A DNA stretch of 64,000 bases. It comes from Puccinia triticina (taxonomy: Eukaryota). The DNA is taken from contig CP110440.1 in the NCBI GenBank assembly GCA_026914245.1, forward strand, positions 992,001 to 1,056,000, written 5' to 3'. Below the pieces are notes generated by a model. The model had not been told where the DNA came from, made no database searches, and worked only from the letters and a program-made list of their open reading frames with translations. Below are positions 14,248 to 25,100 of this stretch, one piece after another. The position numbers were made by a program, and so were the translations under genes. The stretch's first letter is position 1, and every line of letters begins with the position of its first letter.

Positions 14248-15511
14248 GACGGGTCAGACAATTCGTCGGGCCACTCCACGATTCGCCCGCAATTAGTCAA
14301 GACAGCTTTCTTCCCTTGGCCCGGGAAATCTCTCTCCCATCGTCCCTTCTCAGTTGGACAGAGCAAAAACTCGATTTTGCGGCCTTCTGGGTCCGGAAGG
14401 ATGATCCTCTCCCCTCCAGAGGGAGAAAACAATAAGGTGGCTTCGAAATCAATCAGGAACGGCCGGCCCAGAATAAACGGACTATCTTGACGCTATGGGA
14501 CTCCTGTCCGTGCTAAGCGGCGGCAGTCGTGTGAGGGGATTGGGTGCTGTTTAGGCTGCCCTCGTAGTGAGTGGTCCGTCGAGATGAGCGCTGAAAAAGG
14601 ATCGAGGATAGCTTGGTGGGTTGGTGGTTTTGAGAGGTTCGCCGGGGTTTTGGATCCTCGGCGGCGGTTGTTTTGTTGTTGTTGAAGGGGGGGTAGGAGG
14701 TGATCTTAACGAAGAGAAAGAAGGGGGATCGCGAAAACTCTAGATGAAGAAAGATCGGCGAGCTGAGCTCGAAGGTTTGAACTCTGAAGATATGATCGAT
14801 ATACTCTTGATGGTCCGTATTCTGGGGATCAGAATGCCATGCCTCTCCCATCATCCAAGTTCGGCGAACTTGGACTCCGGGAGAGCCACATGTCACGTGT
14901 ATTTCATCATCTCCTCCGCGCGCTACGCGCGCACACACACACAACAAACAGGAGAAACAGGAAACAGAGAACACAAGTCAAAGAACAAAGAAATGAAAGT
15001 GAGAGGAGACAGAAGAAAAAGAACCAGAGGAAAGGAGAAGGAAAAGAGGAAGGAGGAAGCAGAAAGACTCAGGCCAAAACAGACAGAACAAAAAGAATAG
15101 AAGGAAGAGAACCAGAAGAAACCAGGGAATAAACCCACAGCAGATGAAAAAAAAAGAGGGGGGAAGGAGTATGGAAGAGAAGGGTGAAAGATGAGGAAAG
15201 ATGGGGGAGTTGAGGGTCTTGAGAATCTTGATGTTTCTTGAGACTTGAGGAATGAAACTAAAACTGGACTCTTGATGACAATCCTGGCGGCGGCGATGAT
15301 CCTGACTAGCTGGCCACGAGAGGGGCCACCACATCCACCCACCACTTGGAGTCTGTCCCCAGACTCCTTCGAAGTTCCCTACGGCCAAAGACAGAGGCAG
15401 AAACCTGGAAAGAAAACCCAAACAAAGGTCCCGAAGGCGGCTCACGAAGTGGCGACGTAATGCTTACAAACAGCGTAGAGGAACCCTAAGGTGCATACTA
15501 AGGAGGGGGAC

Positions 15512-18500
15512 TTACTTCTGGTCAGTAATGCCCCCACGCGGAAAGTACCGCTTGACCTGATCCGCCGCGAAACGGCGTTTGAGCTCCGTCCCGTCAAGCT
15601 CGGCGAGGACGTAGGAGCCCCCTTGAACCTGCTGGACGATCCGGTAGGGCCCGTTCCACTTGTGGGCGAAAAGCTGCCCCCACTGCACTTCTAGCGATCG
15701 ATTGTAGGCGAGGACGAGGTCGCCAGGCTTGAGTGGATCCCGAAATTTACCGAGGTTCTTCTCTTGCCAGTATCGGATAGACTCTTGCCGCGAGTTCATC
15801 ATTCGATCGTACGCAAGACGCCGAGAATCTTCGCTCCGCTCAAGCTGTCGAGATCGAGCCACCAACAGATCCGAAGTGTCACGTACGTCTTCCCAGTCGA
15901 CGCCCAGAAAGGATTCGATGTCTAGGTCAATTGGGAGCGCTGCCCGCTGCCCGAAAATCAACTCGTAAGGCGAGTATCCCGTAGTCCGCTTCGTCGAAAT
16001 CCGATCAGCGAACAACACCAGGGGCAAGAATTTGCGACAGTTCTTGCCCGACTCGCCTGCTAACTTGACTAGCGCCGCCTTCAAAGGCCCGTGCCCGCGC
16101 TCGACCATGCCTTGAGCTTCGGGGTAGTAAGGCGTTGAGACCCTGTGCTGACCTGGAAGGGCCCTCAGCATCTCCGCAAGAGCGCCACCAAACTCCGATC
16201 CGCCGTCGGTGGAATAGGACCCAGCCAAACCATACCTCATGGTCCAGTGTTCCTGGAGGAAGGCGGCCACTGCCTCCGAGGTAATGTTATTGAGAAACTT
16301 TGCCTCCACCCACCCAGAAAAATCATCACGCGCGACTATAAGATATTTGGCGCCGCCCGCCTTTATGTGAACCACGTCCATTGATACCCGCCCAAAAACG
16401 GTCGCCTCTCCGGTCGGGTACCGCGTCTCTAGGGGCCGGCGGAGGTCCCTCTTCTGGCAGGGCTCACAGCTCTGACACCAGCGCGCGACGGCCTGCTTCA
16501 AAGAGGGCCACCAGAATCGGTCCGCAATCCGGCGATAAGTTTCCGCAACTCCGCGGTGCCCCAAGCCTTCGTGGAGATTTCCTAGGATTTCTTCTTGCTT
16601 GCTGGGTATCGTGACGACAATTCGAGGCAGCGGGCTGCCGCGCTTCATAAGCCGATTGGCCTGCACGAAAAATTCAGATGACTTGCGCTTAAGGGCCTGA
16701 AACTCCCTAGTGCTCAACCCGGGTGGGCGAACCAGAGTCGTGAGGTACTGCTCTAACTTCCGCCAAAAACCTTCTTGATACCCGCTGTAAGAGTGACCGG
16801 AGCTCGATGAATACGCCTGCAAAGGTTTAACGTGAGGCGCATCTTCATCGAAGTCAGAAGCCGGTGGATCTGAGTCGTCGTCCCCTTGAGGGCGCCTGGA
16901 GAGACTGTCAGGCAACGTGAATGCTTTGCCTGGCCGATGGACGATGTAAAAGGAAAAGAGTTGAATAAAGGCGACCCAACGGGTCATCGGAGCGTTCGGT
17001 AAGCTGGGCGCGTTAATCATTTGAATGAGGGATTGCGCGTCGACTTGGAGCTCGAAATACTGGCCCCACAACACCGTCTGGAGCTTCTTCAGTATCCTCG
17101 CCACCCCGCAGAGCTCGAGCTTAGCCTGAGAATAGCGAGATTCTACGTCCGTGAACAAAAGGGACTCGTACAACGCCGGTCGGTCCCGACCCTCCGAATC
17201 CGCCTGGGTGAGCACCGCTCCCGCCGCGTGGAAACTAGAGTCTACGGCGAGCTTAATTAGCCCTCCTTCAGGCCCATAGTTGATTTTTGCCAGCACAATG
17301 TCCTCGCCCACGATCGTTTTCAAAGCCGCGAAAGCCTCCTCGCACTCCGTCGTCCAAACAAATTCCGCGTCCTTCCTTGTCAGACGCCGCAAAGGTACAC
17401 AAATCTGGGACAAGGAGGGGATAAAGATTCGGACATACACTACCACACCCAAGAACCCGCGCACCTCCGTCGCATCTTTTGGTTGAGGCCACGAGAGTAT
17501 CTTGTTCACCTTGCTCCGCGCCATTTTCCGACCCTCCCTACAAACCACGTGCCCCACTATCTCAAGCGCCGGGACGCAGGCCGCTAACTTTGACGCGGAC
17601 ACCGTCAAGCCGGACTCCTCGATTCGAAAAAGAATCCGCTCCAGTGTCTCGGCGTATTCCCAAATGAATCGCCGAATGCCGGGATGCCACGAAAGGAGCT
17701 CGTTGTCGTAATCGGAAATGGGCCCCTTTATACCCCCGTCATCGATGAAGATGCCAGCGTGGTCCGGAATCTCATCCTGGAGGATCCAGACCATTTGAGC
17801 TTGGTACACCGCCACCGAGTTGGTGGCTCCCTGGGGGAGACGCGTCAGCTGAAACCTCCCAAGAGGAGTATCAAAAGTTGTCAGAGGCCGCGAAATTGGA
17901 TGCAGCGCGCGCTCGTCGTAGCCGCCCATAATATCTCCGAGCCCGTAGCAGGCCCGTCCAGAAAACGATTCCACGAAATCTTCCGTAGCCGGCGGGACGC
18001 CGGCATCCCTAACCGTGACCTTATTGAGCGGCTGGAGGTCGTGCACAATGCGCAACTTCCCATTACTTTTGACTACACAAAAGACTGGGCTACTGTAGCT
18101 CGACGTAGATTGCTCGTACAGCCCGGTGCTGATGCGTTCTCTGATGAGTCGTATATACTCGTCCATCTTAGCTGCCGGTATCGGAATCTTCCGCTTTTGC
18201 CACGGCTCGTGCTCCACTACCGGGATGATATATGGCATCCCGTAAGACTCCTTCAGCAGCCCGCGCTCGGATTCCTGAAAGGCGATCGCTTGATTACGGA
18301 AAGAGAGGACGTTCTTGATGAGGTCCAGTTCGCTGGGATACAACCAGCCCGCCGGCCCAAAATTTACCACCGCTAGCCTTTCTTCAGTAACCCTCCCTAA
18401 CGGCACAAAAGGGCCCGCGAGAGACTTGGGCAAACCGCAGTAGGGGTCTCGTGAAAGGGGCGGCCTTCGGAGCGGGGGGTTGATCTCCTGCGGCATGGGC

Positions 18501-19495
18501 TGGTTGACCGGCTTGATCTTGCGGGCCACCGGCTTGTATTTCGCCGCAAATGAGAGCGCTCCGCCCTCCCGCCAAGAATCCACGAGGGCAGCCTGCGCAG
18601 TGTGACTGAGACCACAAGCCAGAAGTCGAAAGGTCCGATGCTCCGCGCCATCTGCAAACGCTGCCTTTTCTGTGAAAGAGGAACAGAGAGTACGTTTGGG
18701 GCTCACGAGTGTGGCGCGAGGTAGGGTTTCGAAACATTGCGGAGCATCACGCCTCGGAGGTGCACATTGGGAGGAACTTACTTCTACCCCAACTTGACCC
18801 CACGGCCACCGGTACTCCACTTCGCCCTCCTCGCACACCAATTTCCAGGAACATAGTTTATGCTCGTTGCGGAGCCGGGTCGGATCAAATGTGGATAGTT
18901 TTGCCTCGTCTCGGAGGATCATTAGTTTTCCCTCATCGCGGAGGCCGTCAACGGACGTAAATAGTTTAGCCTCTTTGCGGAGGGGGAGTAGTTTATTCTC
19001 TTCGCGGAGACCTCGGCGATACAGCAAAGAATTTCCTGGACTGGACGACAAAGAAGGGTCCGACGAATCGCTCACAGGTGTGGCCAGAGGTAATGTTTTC
19101 GACAAAACGGTAGAATCTACCCGGAGATGCATACCATGGAGGGGACTTACTTCTACGCTTTTTGCCCCCGCGGGAACCCCATGATGCCACCCACCTTTTG
19201 CGCTCGACGCGAGCGCCCGGCGAGTCCTTTTTGCCGGATCGAGAGAAAAAGTTTCGGAAGGAAGTGGAAACGGGGACCGAAATGACGGAGTGTCGCTGTT
19301 TTTTAGTGATCTTCGATTTTGGGGATGTTTTTGGTTTTTAATGTTTTCGACAGACAAGACAGAAGAAGCAGACCGGACCGAAGAAGAAAAGAAACCACCG
19401 CCGTGGGCCTCTGGAGGTTGAGTTGGTTTCCCGGACAGCGTGCGAGGCCCTAAATTATTGCTGCCGGACGACAAACCAACTCTACTCATAAAAAA
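15512..19495 (-). CDS. pol: Element B Pol (linker-RT-RNase H-integrase), probably reached by -1 frameshift
   Basis: RT (LRIVHDLQPLN, LPQG, FIDD), RNase H (AVDSS, KLEL), integrase (HHCC, SMDV...STDGGSEF...MVER, GPY); no chromodomain; overlaps the gag-pro end in the -1 frame. Confidence 0.93.
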   Translation of the reverse strand, partial: FFMSRVGLSSGSNNLGPRTLSGKPTQPPEAHGGGFFSSSVRSASSVLSVENIKNQKHPQNRRSLKNSDTPSFRSPFPLPSETFSLDPAKRTRRALASSAKGGWHHGVPAGAKSVEVSPLHGMHLRVDSTVLSKTLPLATPVSDSSDPSLSSSPGNSLLYRRGLREENKLLPLRKEAKLFTSVDGLRDEGKLMILRDEAKLSTFDPTRLRNEHKLCSWKLVCEEGEVEYRWPWGQVGVEVSSSQCAPPRRDAPQCFETLPRATLVSPKRTLCSSFTEKAAFADGAEHRTFRLLACGLSHTAQAALVDSWREGGALSFAAKYKPVARKIKPVNQPMPQEINPPLRRPPLSRDPYCGLPKSLAGPFVPLGRVTEERLAVVNFGPAGWLYPSELDLIKNVLSFRNQAIAFQESERGLLKESYGMPYIIPVVEHEPWQKRKIPIPAAKMDEYIRLIRERISTGLYEQSTSSYSSPVFCVVKSNGKLRIVHDLQPLNKVTVRDAGVPPATEDFVESFSGRACYGLGDIMGGYDERALHPISRPLTTFDTPLGRFQLTRLPQGATNSVAVYQAQMVWILQDEIPDHAGIFIDDGGIKGPISDYDNELLSWHPGIRRFIWEYAETLERILFRIEESGLTVSASKLAACVPALEIVGHVVCREGRKMARSKVNKILSWPQPKDATEVRGFLGVVVYVRIFIPSLSQICVPLRRLTRKDAEFVWTTECEEAFAALKTIVGEDIVLAKINYGPEGGLIKLAVDSSFHAAGAVLTQADSEGRDRPALYESLLFTDVESRYSQAKLELCGVARILKKLQTVLWGQYFELQVDAQSLIQMINAPSLPNAPMTRWVAFIQLFSFYIVHRPGKAFTLPDSLSRRPQGDDDSDPPASDFDEDAPHVKPLQAYSSSSGHSYSGYQEGFWRKLEQYLTTLVRPPGLSTREFQALKRKSSEFFVQANRLMKRGSPLPRIVVTIPSKQEEILGNLHEGLGHRGVAETYRRIADRFWWPSLKQAVARWCQSCEPCQKRDLRRPLETRYPTGEATVFGRVSMDVVHIKAGGAKYLIVARDDFSGWVEAKFLNNITSEAVAAFLQEHWTMRYGLAGSYSTDGGSEFGGALAEMLRALPGQHRVSTPYYPEAQGMVERGHGPLKAALVKLAGESGKNCRKFLPLVLFADRISTKRTTGYSPYELIFGQRAALPIDLDIESFLGVDWEDVRDTSDLLVARSRQLERSEDSRRLAYDRMMNSRQESIRYWQEKNLGKFRDPLKPGDLVLAYNRSLEVQWGQLFAHKWNGPYRIVQQVQGGSYVLAELDGTELKRRFAADQVKRYFPRGGITDQK
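19420..19495 (-). promoter_or_regulatory. -1 ribosomal frameshift signal of B (U UUU UUA plus stem-loop)
   Basis: In-frame slippery heptamer 19495-19489, 6-nt spacer, stem GAGUUGGUUU/AAACCAACUC. Equivalent signal in A at 14171-14247. Confidence 0.8.
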
Positions 19496-21657
19496 GACGG
19501 GTGCTCCGCTCCCTCGGGCAATTCCGTGACGCGCCCGCAGTGAGTGAGCACGGCCTTTCGCCCGTGCGCCGGAAATTCCCTCTCCCATCGACCCTTTTCG
19601 ACGGGACATAGTGAGAACTCGATGTTTCGTCCTTCAGAGTCGGGGAGGATGATCCGCTCTCCCGCCGTGGGGGAGAACAAAAGCGTCGCCTCGAAGTCCA
19701 TTAGGAACGGCCGGCCTAAGATGAAAGGACTGTCTTGACGGGTGATCCAGAAGTGGCAATAGCCCACGATGCTCTTGCCCACTCGGACCGGAACATCCTC
19801 AGCAACCCCAATCAACTCGCAGGCCTGGTTGTTGATCCCATAGACCGCTGAGCTAAAGTTGACGCGCGGAGTCAAGTTGAATTGATTCGCCATGCTATCC
19901 GATATGATATTCAGCTGCGAACCCGAGTCGATCAGCGGAGAACCCGCGCTCTCCCCTGCTCCAATGAGACAAGTGAGATAGCCCAGCGGGCAGGAGTAAA
20001 GACAAGGTTCTGCCTCAGATCCTCTGAACTCCCGACCTTCCGCCAGAGTGCCCGAGTGCACTTTCAGTTCCTCAGGGCCTACCTCCACGCGGCGCCGTGA
20101 GACCCATTTCTTAACACCATCCGATACAGCCGGGGAGACGGAGCAAATCTCAGCAACCGTTGTCGAAACCGGGAGGTCAAAAATCTTCTTGACGAAGCCC
20201 TCGACCGCGTCCGGATGGTCTCGAGAGACGTCTCGCTCGAAACGGACCTTGGGCTGAGAGCTCGTGGCTTTAGGCGGCGTTGCTGGCCTGCCAGGAGTGT
20301 CTTTGGGCGTAGACGACCGGGGTTCGGGATCGTTCATGATCCGATCGAAGAGCTCCTGCTCTTCCACTGGCTCCGACTCCGTGGGGCCGCTAGGGACAGT
20401 CGCCGGCTTCCGTAGCGGGCGTTTCGCTTGGGAAGGCGGCGCCAGGGGAGCCTTGTACGGCCTAGACTCCTCGTGCCGCTTCTTCCCAGCTGCCTCTGAC
20501 TCGTAACCACCTGAGAACGATCGAGATGAGATCGCGGGAGGGTACCATTGCTCTAAGGACCCGCAACTGGCCTTGAACTCCACGGAAGCGGAGTGGGTCG
20601 ACGGACGCGGTCCCGGAGACTGGGGACGAGAGCTCGAAGACTGATTTGGTTGGAACGAGGCCACTACGTGGCGGATTGGGCGAGTGCGATCGAACGGGAT
20701 GAGGGCCCCGTTGGGCAGGAAAAAATTATTACCCTTCTTTTCGACTAGGCCCGCCTCCTGATCTTTCTGCAGTTCGGCGCAGCGGAGAGTCCCGTGATTC
20801 TCGCGATGGCAGTAGTAGCATATCATCGGCCCACGCTCGTTCGACGGCCCAGATTTCCCGCCCCCTTGCTTCATGTACTGCTCAAACGCCTTGAACATCT
20901 TCGTGAGTTCGTCCACAGAGGCTTCGGGCTTTGAGGCGGGAGTGGGTGCCGTGGGGCGTTTATCGGACCCCATTTTCTTCATGATTTCATTTGCCTCTTG
21001 GAAGGAGGAGGCGACAGGAGCGGCCGAGCGAGTGTCTTCAAAGGTGAGAGCTATCTGACCCTTCATGACGGTATCAATAGCCGTTCGAAGCACCTTAAAG
21101 GACGGCAGCCGGGCCCGATTGTCGACCGTAACCACTAAAGTATTGTCTTTGATCATCTGATCTCGGATGCGACCCTGAAATCCTTCCGAAAACGCCTGGT
21201 AGAAAGCCTTCTTAAGCTCCTCGGCGGACTCGACGTGACCTTTCGAGACCAGGTAAGCCTGAATGGGATCCCAAGATTTGCGGAACCCGTGATAATCGGA
21301 TACCGAGGCTACCCCCCCCTTCTTTACCCACGCGTCGACCAAGCTCGTGATGTCTCTCTCGGTGAAAAGAGCCTTGTCGACGTCGACCCAGTAACTCAGC
21401 ATCGACGCTTTGAGTTTGGTCCAGTCGGGGGGCTTGTAACCATCGAGGGTAGCAAGGATTGTCCTCGTCTCTCCCGTCTCCACAAAGGCACCGATCTGCC
21501 GCGCCTTGTCATAATCCGACGCTCCATCCAGTTCAGCTGCGAGCTCGTAGTCGTCCAAAAATTGCTCCACGTCGGAGCCCGAAAACTTCAAGCTCTTGTC
21601 TTGCGGCTGTATCTTGATCATCTTCCCGCGAGGGGAGTTGGGGTTGAGATCGGCCAT
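19486..21657 (-). CDS. gag: Element B Gag-protease polyprotein, 723 aa
   Basis: CCHC knuckle CYYCHRENHGTLRC; aspartic protease LIDSGS...FILGRPFL; ends HPSFL*. Confidence 0.93.
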   Translation of the reverse strand: MADLNPNSPRGKMIKIQPQDKSLKFSGSDVEQFLDDYELAAELDGASDYDKARQIGAFVETGETRTILATLDGYKPPDWTKLKASMLSYWVDVDKALFTERDITSLVDAWVKKGGVASVSDYHGFRKSWDPIQAYLVSKGHVESAEELKKAFYQAFSEGFQGRIRDQMIKDNTLVVTVDNRARLPSFKVLRTAIDTVMKGQIALTFEDTRSAAPVASSFQEANEIMKKMGSDKRPTAPTPASKPEASVDELTKMFKAFEQYMKQGGGKSGPSNERGPMICYYCHRENHGTLRCAELQKDQEAGLVEKKGNNFFLPNGALIPFDRTRPIRHVVASFQPNQSSSSRPQSPGPRPSTHSASVEFKASCGSLEQWYPPAISSRSFSGGYESEAAGKKRHEESRPYKAPLAPPSQAKRPLRKPATVPSGPTESEPVEEQELFDRIMNDPEPRSSTPKDTPGRPATPPKATSSQPKVRFERDVSRDHPDAVEGFVKKIFDLPVSTTVAEICSVSPAVSDGVKKWVSRRRVEVGPEELKVHSGTLAEGREFRGSEAEPCLYSCPLGYLTCLIGAGESAGSPLIDSGSQLNIISDSMANQFNLTPRVNFSSAVYGINNQACELIGVAEDVPVRVGKSIVGYCHFWITRQDSPFILGRPFLMDFEATLLFSPTAGERIILPDSEGRNIEFSLCPVEKGRWEREFPAHGRKAVLTHCGRVTELPEGAEHPSFL

Positions 21658-22076
21658 CGTAAACGGAGCCTGGGAAAAAGAAGGTCGGATATCGAGGGAG
21701 GCTCACGAAGTGGCTAGATTGTTTTGACAATGTAGAAACCTCGGAGGTGCAACTTAGTTGGAGGGGACTTACTTCTACAAATCCTATGCCCCGCCGCTGA
21801 ACACCTAAGATAACAGAGAAAAGAAATAAGGGAATTCGGATCCTGAAACGGCTTGATCCAATGAAACGAGGACTAGAGCGGCTCCGAGACACCGGCGGCA
21901 CCTCAAAAGAAACCGTCCCTCGCGTCGCAAACGGGATGAAGATTGGATTAGAAGAGGATCGAAGCAGTTTCAGCTAGGATTCTGAAATTCAGACGGATGG
22001 AAATCCCAGAAAAAAAAAAAAAAAAAAAAGAAAAGGGAGGGGCTTTATAACCGCCAAACGGCCTCAAAACCACAGT

Positions 22077-22127
22077 GCGAGACTGTAAATCTTGAGGTCG
22101 CTGGTTCGATCCCGGCTCGGGGGACCA
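22077..22127 (-). promoter_or_regulatory. Extended primer-binding site of B, complementary to mature tRNA-Tyr(GUA) positions 26-76
   Basis: Plus strand reads G CGAGA CTGTAAA TCTTG AGGTC GCTGG TTCGATC CCGGC TCGGGGG A CCA, 2 nt from the LTR. Confidence 0.9.
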
Positions 22128-25100
22128 AATATGGGACTCCTGTCCGTGCTAAGCGGCGGCAGTCGTGTGAGGGGATTGGGTGCTGTTTAGGCTGCCCTCG
22201 TAGTGAGTGGTCCGTCGAGATGAGCGCTGAAAAAGGATCGAGGATAGCTTGGTGGGTTGGTGGTTTTGAGAGGTTCGCCGGGGTTTTGGATCCTCGGCGG
22301 CGGTTGTTTTGTTGTTGTTGAAGGGGGGGTAGGAGGTGATCTTAACGAAGAGAAAGAAGGGGGATCGCGAAAACTCTAGATGAAGAAAGATCGGCGAGCT
22401 GAGCTCGAAGGTTTGAACTCTGAAGATATGATCGATATACTCTTGATGGTCCGTATTCTGGGGATCAGAATGCCATGCCTCTCCCATCATCCAAGTTCGG
22501 CGAACTTGGACTCCGGGAGAGCCACATGTCACGTGTATTTCATCATCTCCTCCGCGCGCTACGCGCGCACACACACACAACAAACAGGAGAAACAGGAAA
22601 CAGAGAACACAAGTCAAAGAACAAAGAAATGAAAGTGAGAGGAGACAGAAGAAAAAGAACCAGAGGAAAGGAGAAGGAAAAGAGGAAGGAGGAAGCAGAA
22701 AGACTCAGGCCAAAACAGACAGAACAAAAAGAATAGAAGGAAGAGAACCAGAAGAAACCAGGGAATAAACCCACAGCAGATGAAAAAAAAAGAGGGGGGA
22801 AGGAGTATGGAAGAGAAGGGTGAAAGATGAGGAAAGATGGGGGAGTTGAGGGTCTTGAGAATCTTGATGTTTCTTGAGACTTGAGGAATGAAACTAAAAC
22901 TGGACTCTTGATGACAATCCTGGCGGCGGCGATGATCCTGACTAGCTGGCCACGAGAGGGGCCACCACAACGCGTGATCCAAAAATGGCATGAGCCCACG
23001 ATGCTCTTCCCTACCCGGATTGGGACGTCCTCCGCCACCCCAATCAACTCGCAGGCTTGATTGTTGATGCCGTAAACAGCGGAGGAGAAGTTGAATTGTG
23101 GCGTGAGGTTGAAGCGCTTTGCCATTGCGTCTGAGATAATGTTAAGCTGAGAGCCCGAATCGACCAAAGGAGACGCAGGGTGCTCCCCGGCTCCAACCAA
23201 ACATGCAAGGTAACCCAGCGGGCAGGAATAGAGATTAGGATCCGGTGTCGACTCCGCGAATTCAGTTCCTTCGGCCAAAGTCCCAGAGTGGACCTTCAAA
23301 TCCTCAGGGCCCACCTCCACACGACGTCGAGCCACCCACTTCTTCATGCCGTCGGCTACGGCGGGGGAGATCGAGCAGATTTCCGCTACCGTCATTGAAA
23401 CTGATAGATCCGAAATTTTTCTAAGCACGCCTTCCACCGCGTCTGGATGATCTCGAGAAACCTCCCGTTTGAATCTGACCTTAGGAGGTACCGCTGCTTT
23501 CGGCGGGGTAGCCGGTCGCCACGGCGCATCTCTCTGCGAGGGATTCGAAGGGACCGGGTCGTTCATGATCCGATCGAAGAGCTCCGTCTCCTCTTCCACG
23601 TTACCCTTCTCCGGGTCCGCCGGAGAACCAGGTGCCTTACGTATTGGCCTCTTAGGATGGCTAGAAGGCACAAGGGGGGCCTTGTGGGTTCGAGGCTCCT
23701 CATGTCGCTTCCTTCCAGCGGGATCAGCCTCATACGCCCCAGCAAAAGACTGGGAAGAAACCGCTGGTGGGTACCAGGGCTGCAGCGATCCGCAGCTCGT
23801 CTTATAGTCAGATGACACCACGTTAGAAGCCTTCCGAGTAGGGGTTGATGGTCGGGGTGGCGCTGTTGAGGACGAGGGCTGATATGAAGCGACTACGTGC
23901 CGAATCGGACGACTGCGATCGAAGGGAATCAGGGCACCGTTCGGGAGGAAAAAGTTGGTGCCTCTCTGCTCCACCAAGCCCGCCTCCTTGTCTTTCACCA
24001 GCTCCTGACAACGCGACGTGCCATGATTTTCGCGATGGCAGTAATAACAGACTAAAGGTGGTCTCTCCGTCGAGTTCGGGCCTTTTCCGCCTTCCTTCTT
24101 CATGTATTGTTCGAAAGCCTTGAACAAGCGAGTGAGCTCCTCCACCGAAGGATCGGGTTTGGGCGCACCATCGGAGCCTTTCGGACGCTTGTCTTCGCCC
24201 ATCCTCTTCATCGTCTCATTCGAGGCCTGAAAAGGGGAGATCACTGGAGCCGACGTCCTCGTATCTTCGAAGGTGAGAGACACCTGCCCTTTCATGACGG
24301 TGTCGACAGCCTCTCGCACGATCTTGAAAGACGGGAGGCGAGCCCGATTATCCGACGTCACGATCAAGGTGTCTTCTTTGATGAGCTGGTCACGGATACG
24401 ACTCTGAAAACCCTCGGAGAAAGCTTGATAGAAAGGCTTCTTGAGCTCCCCCGCCGACTCGACATGACCTTTAGAGACCAGGTAAGCTTGGATTGGATCC
24501 CAAGCCTTGCGAAATGAATGGTAATCGGATACCGAGGAGACTCCGCCTTTATTCGTCCACGTATCGACGAGACTTGTGATATCGCGCTCGGTGAATAGCG
24601 CTTTATCAACGTCAACCCAATAACTGAGCATCGCCGCTTTGAGCTTGGACCATTCTGGCGGCTTGTAACCGTCGAGAGTCGCTAGAATTGTCCGCGTTTC
24701 TCCGGGTTCAACGAAAGATCCGATCTGACGAGCCTTGTCGTAATCAGATGCGCCATCCAACTCCGCAGCTAGCTCGTAACTATCGAGGAGCTGCTCCACG
24801 TCGGAGCCCGTAAAATTCGGCGCCTTGTCTTGAGGTTTGATTTTGACCATCCTAGCGCGAGGAGGATCCTCTCGAGCGGCGTCCATCTGGAGAGAGATTC
24901 TGATGCAACAAAACAAGCGGAATCAAGGGGCGGCTCACAGCGGTGGCGATGGTGCTTTGACAAGAGAGTAGTGCTTCGGAGGTGCTACCAATTAGAGGGG
25001 ACTTACTTCTGTACCCTTAATGCCCCGCTGCTGAACACCTAGAAAGACAAAGAAAAACAAAGACAAAAAACAACTAGTCCTCAAACGTCTTGATCCTGAA

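Larger units (their letters stand above)
14494..22969 (-). mobile_element. Ty3/Gypsy-like LTR retrotransposon B (intact, recent)
   Basis: Two 840-bp LTRs (22130-22969, 14494-15333) with no difference seen by eye; ends TG...TA; TSD ACGC (14490-14493, 22970-22973); PPT GTGGTGGGTGGA; PBS 22077-22127; both ORFs open. Confidence 0.97.
14238..24886 (-). pseudogene. gag: Element A gag-protease ORF split by B (24886-22970 plus 14489-14238)
   Basis: Zinc knuckle CYYCHRENHGTSRC and protease LVDSGS. Removing B and one TSD copy restores CHFWITR|QDSPFILGRPF. Confidence 0.9.

Noticed and set aside
22050..22127. Functional tRNA-Tyr gene (also near 25278 and 44147)
   Set aside because: The 5' acceptor strand and D-arm are absent, CCA is encoded and there is no intron; it is a PBS.
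22559..22969. Hydrophobic env-like C-termini on ORFs 22559-24916 and 51628-54117
   Set aside because: These are read-through into the pyrimidine-rich strand of inserted LTRs B and D.
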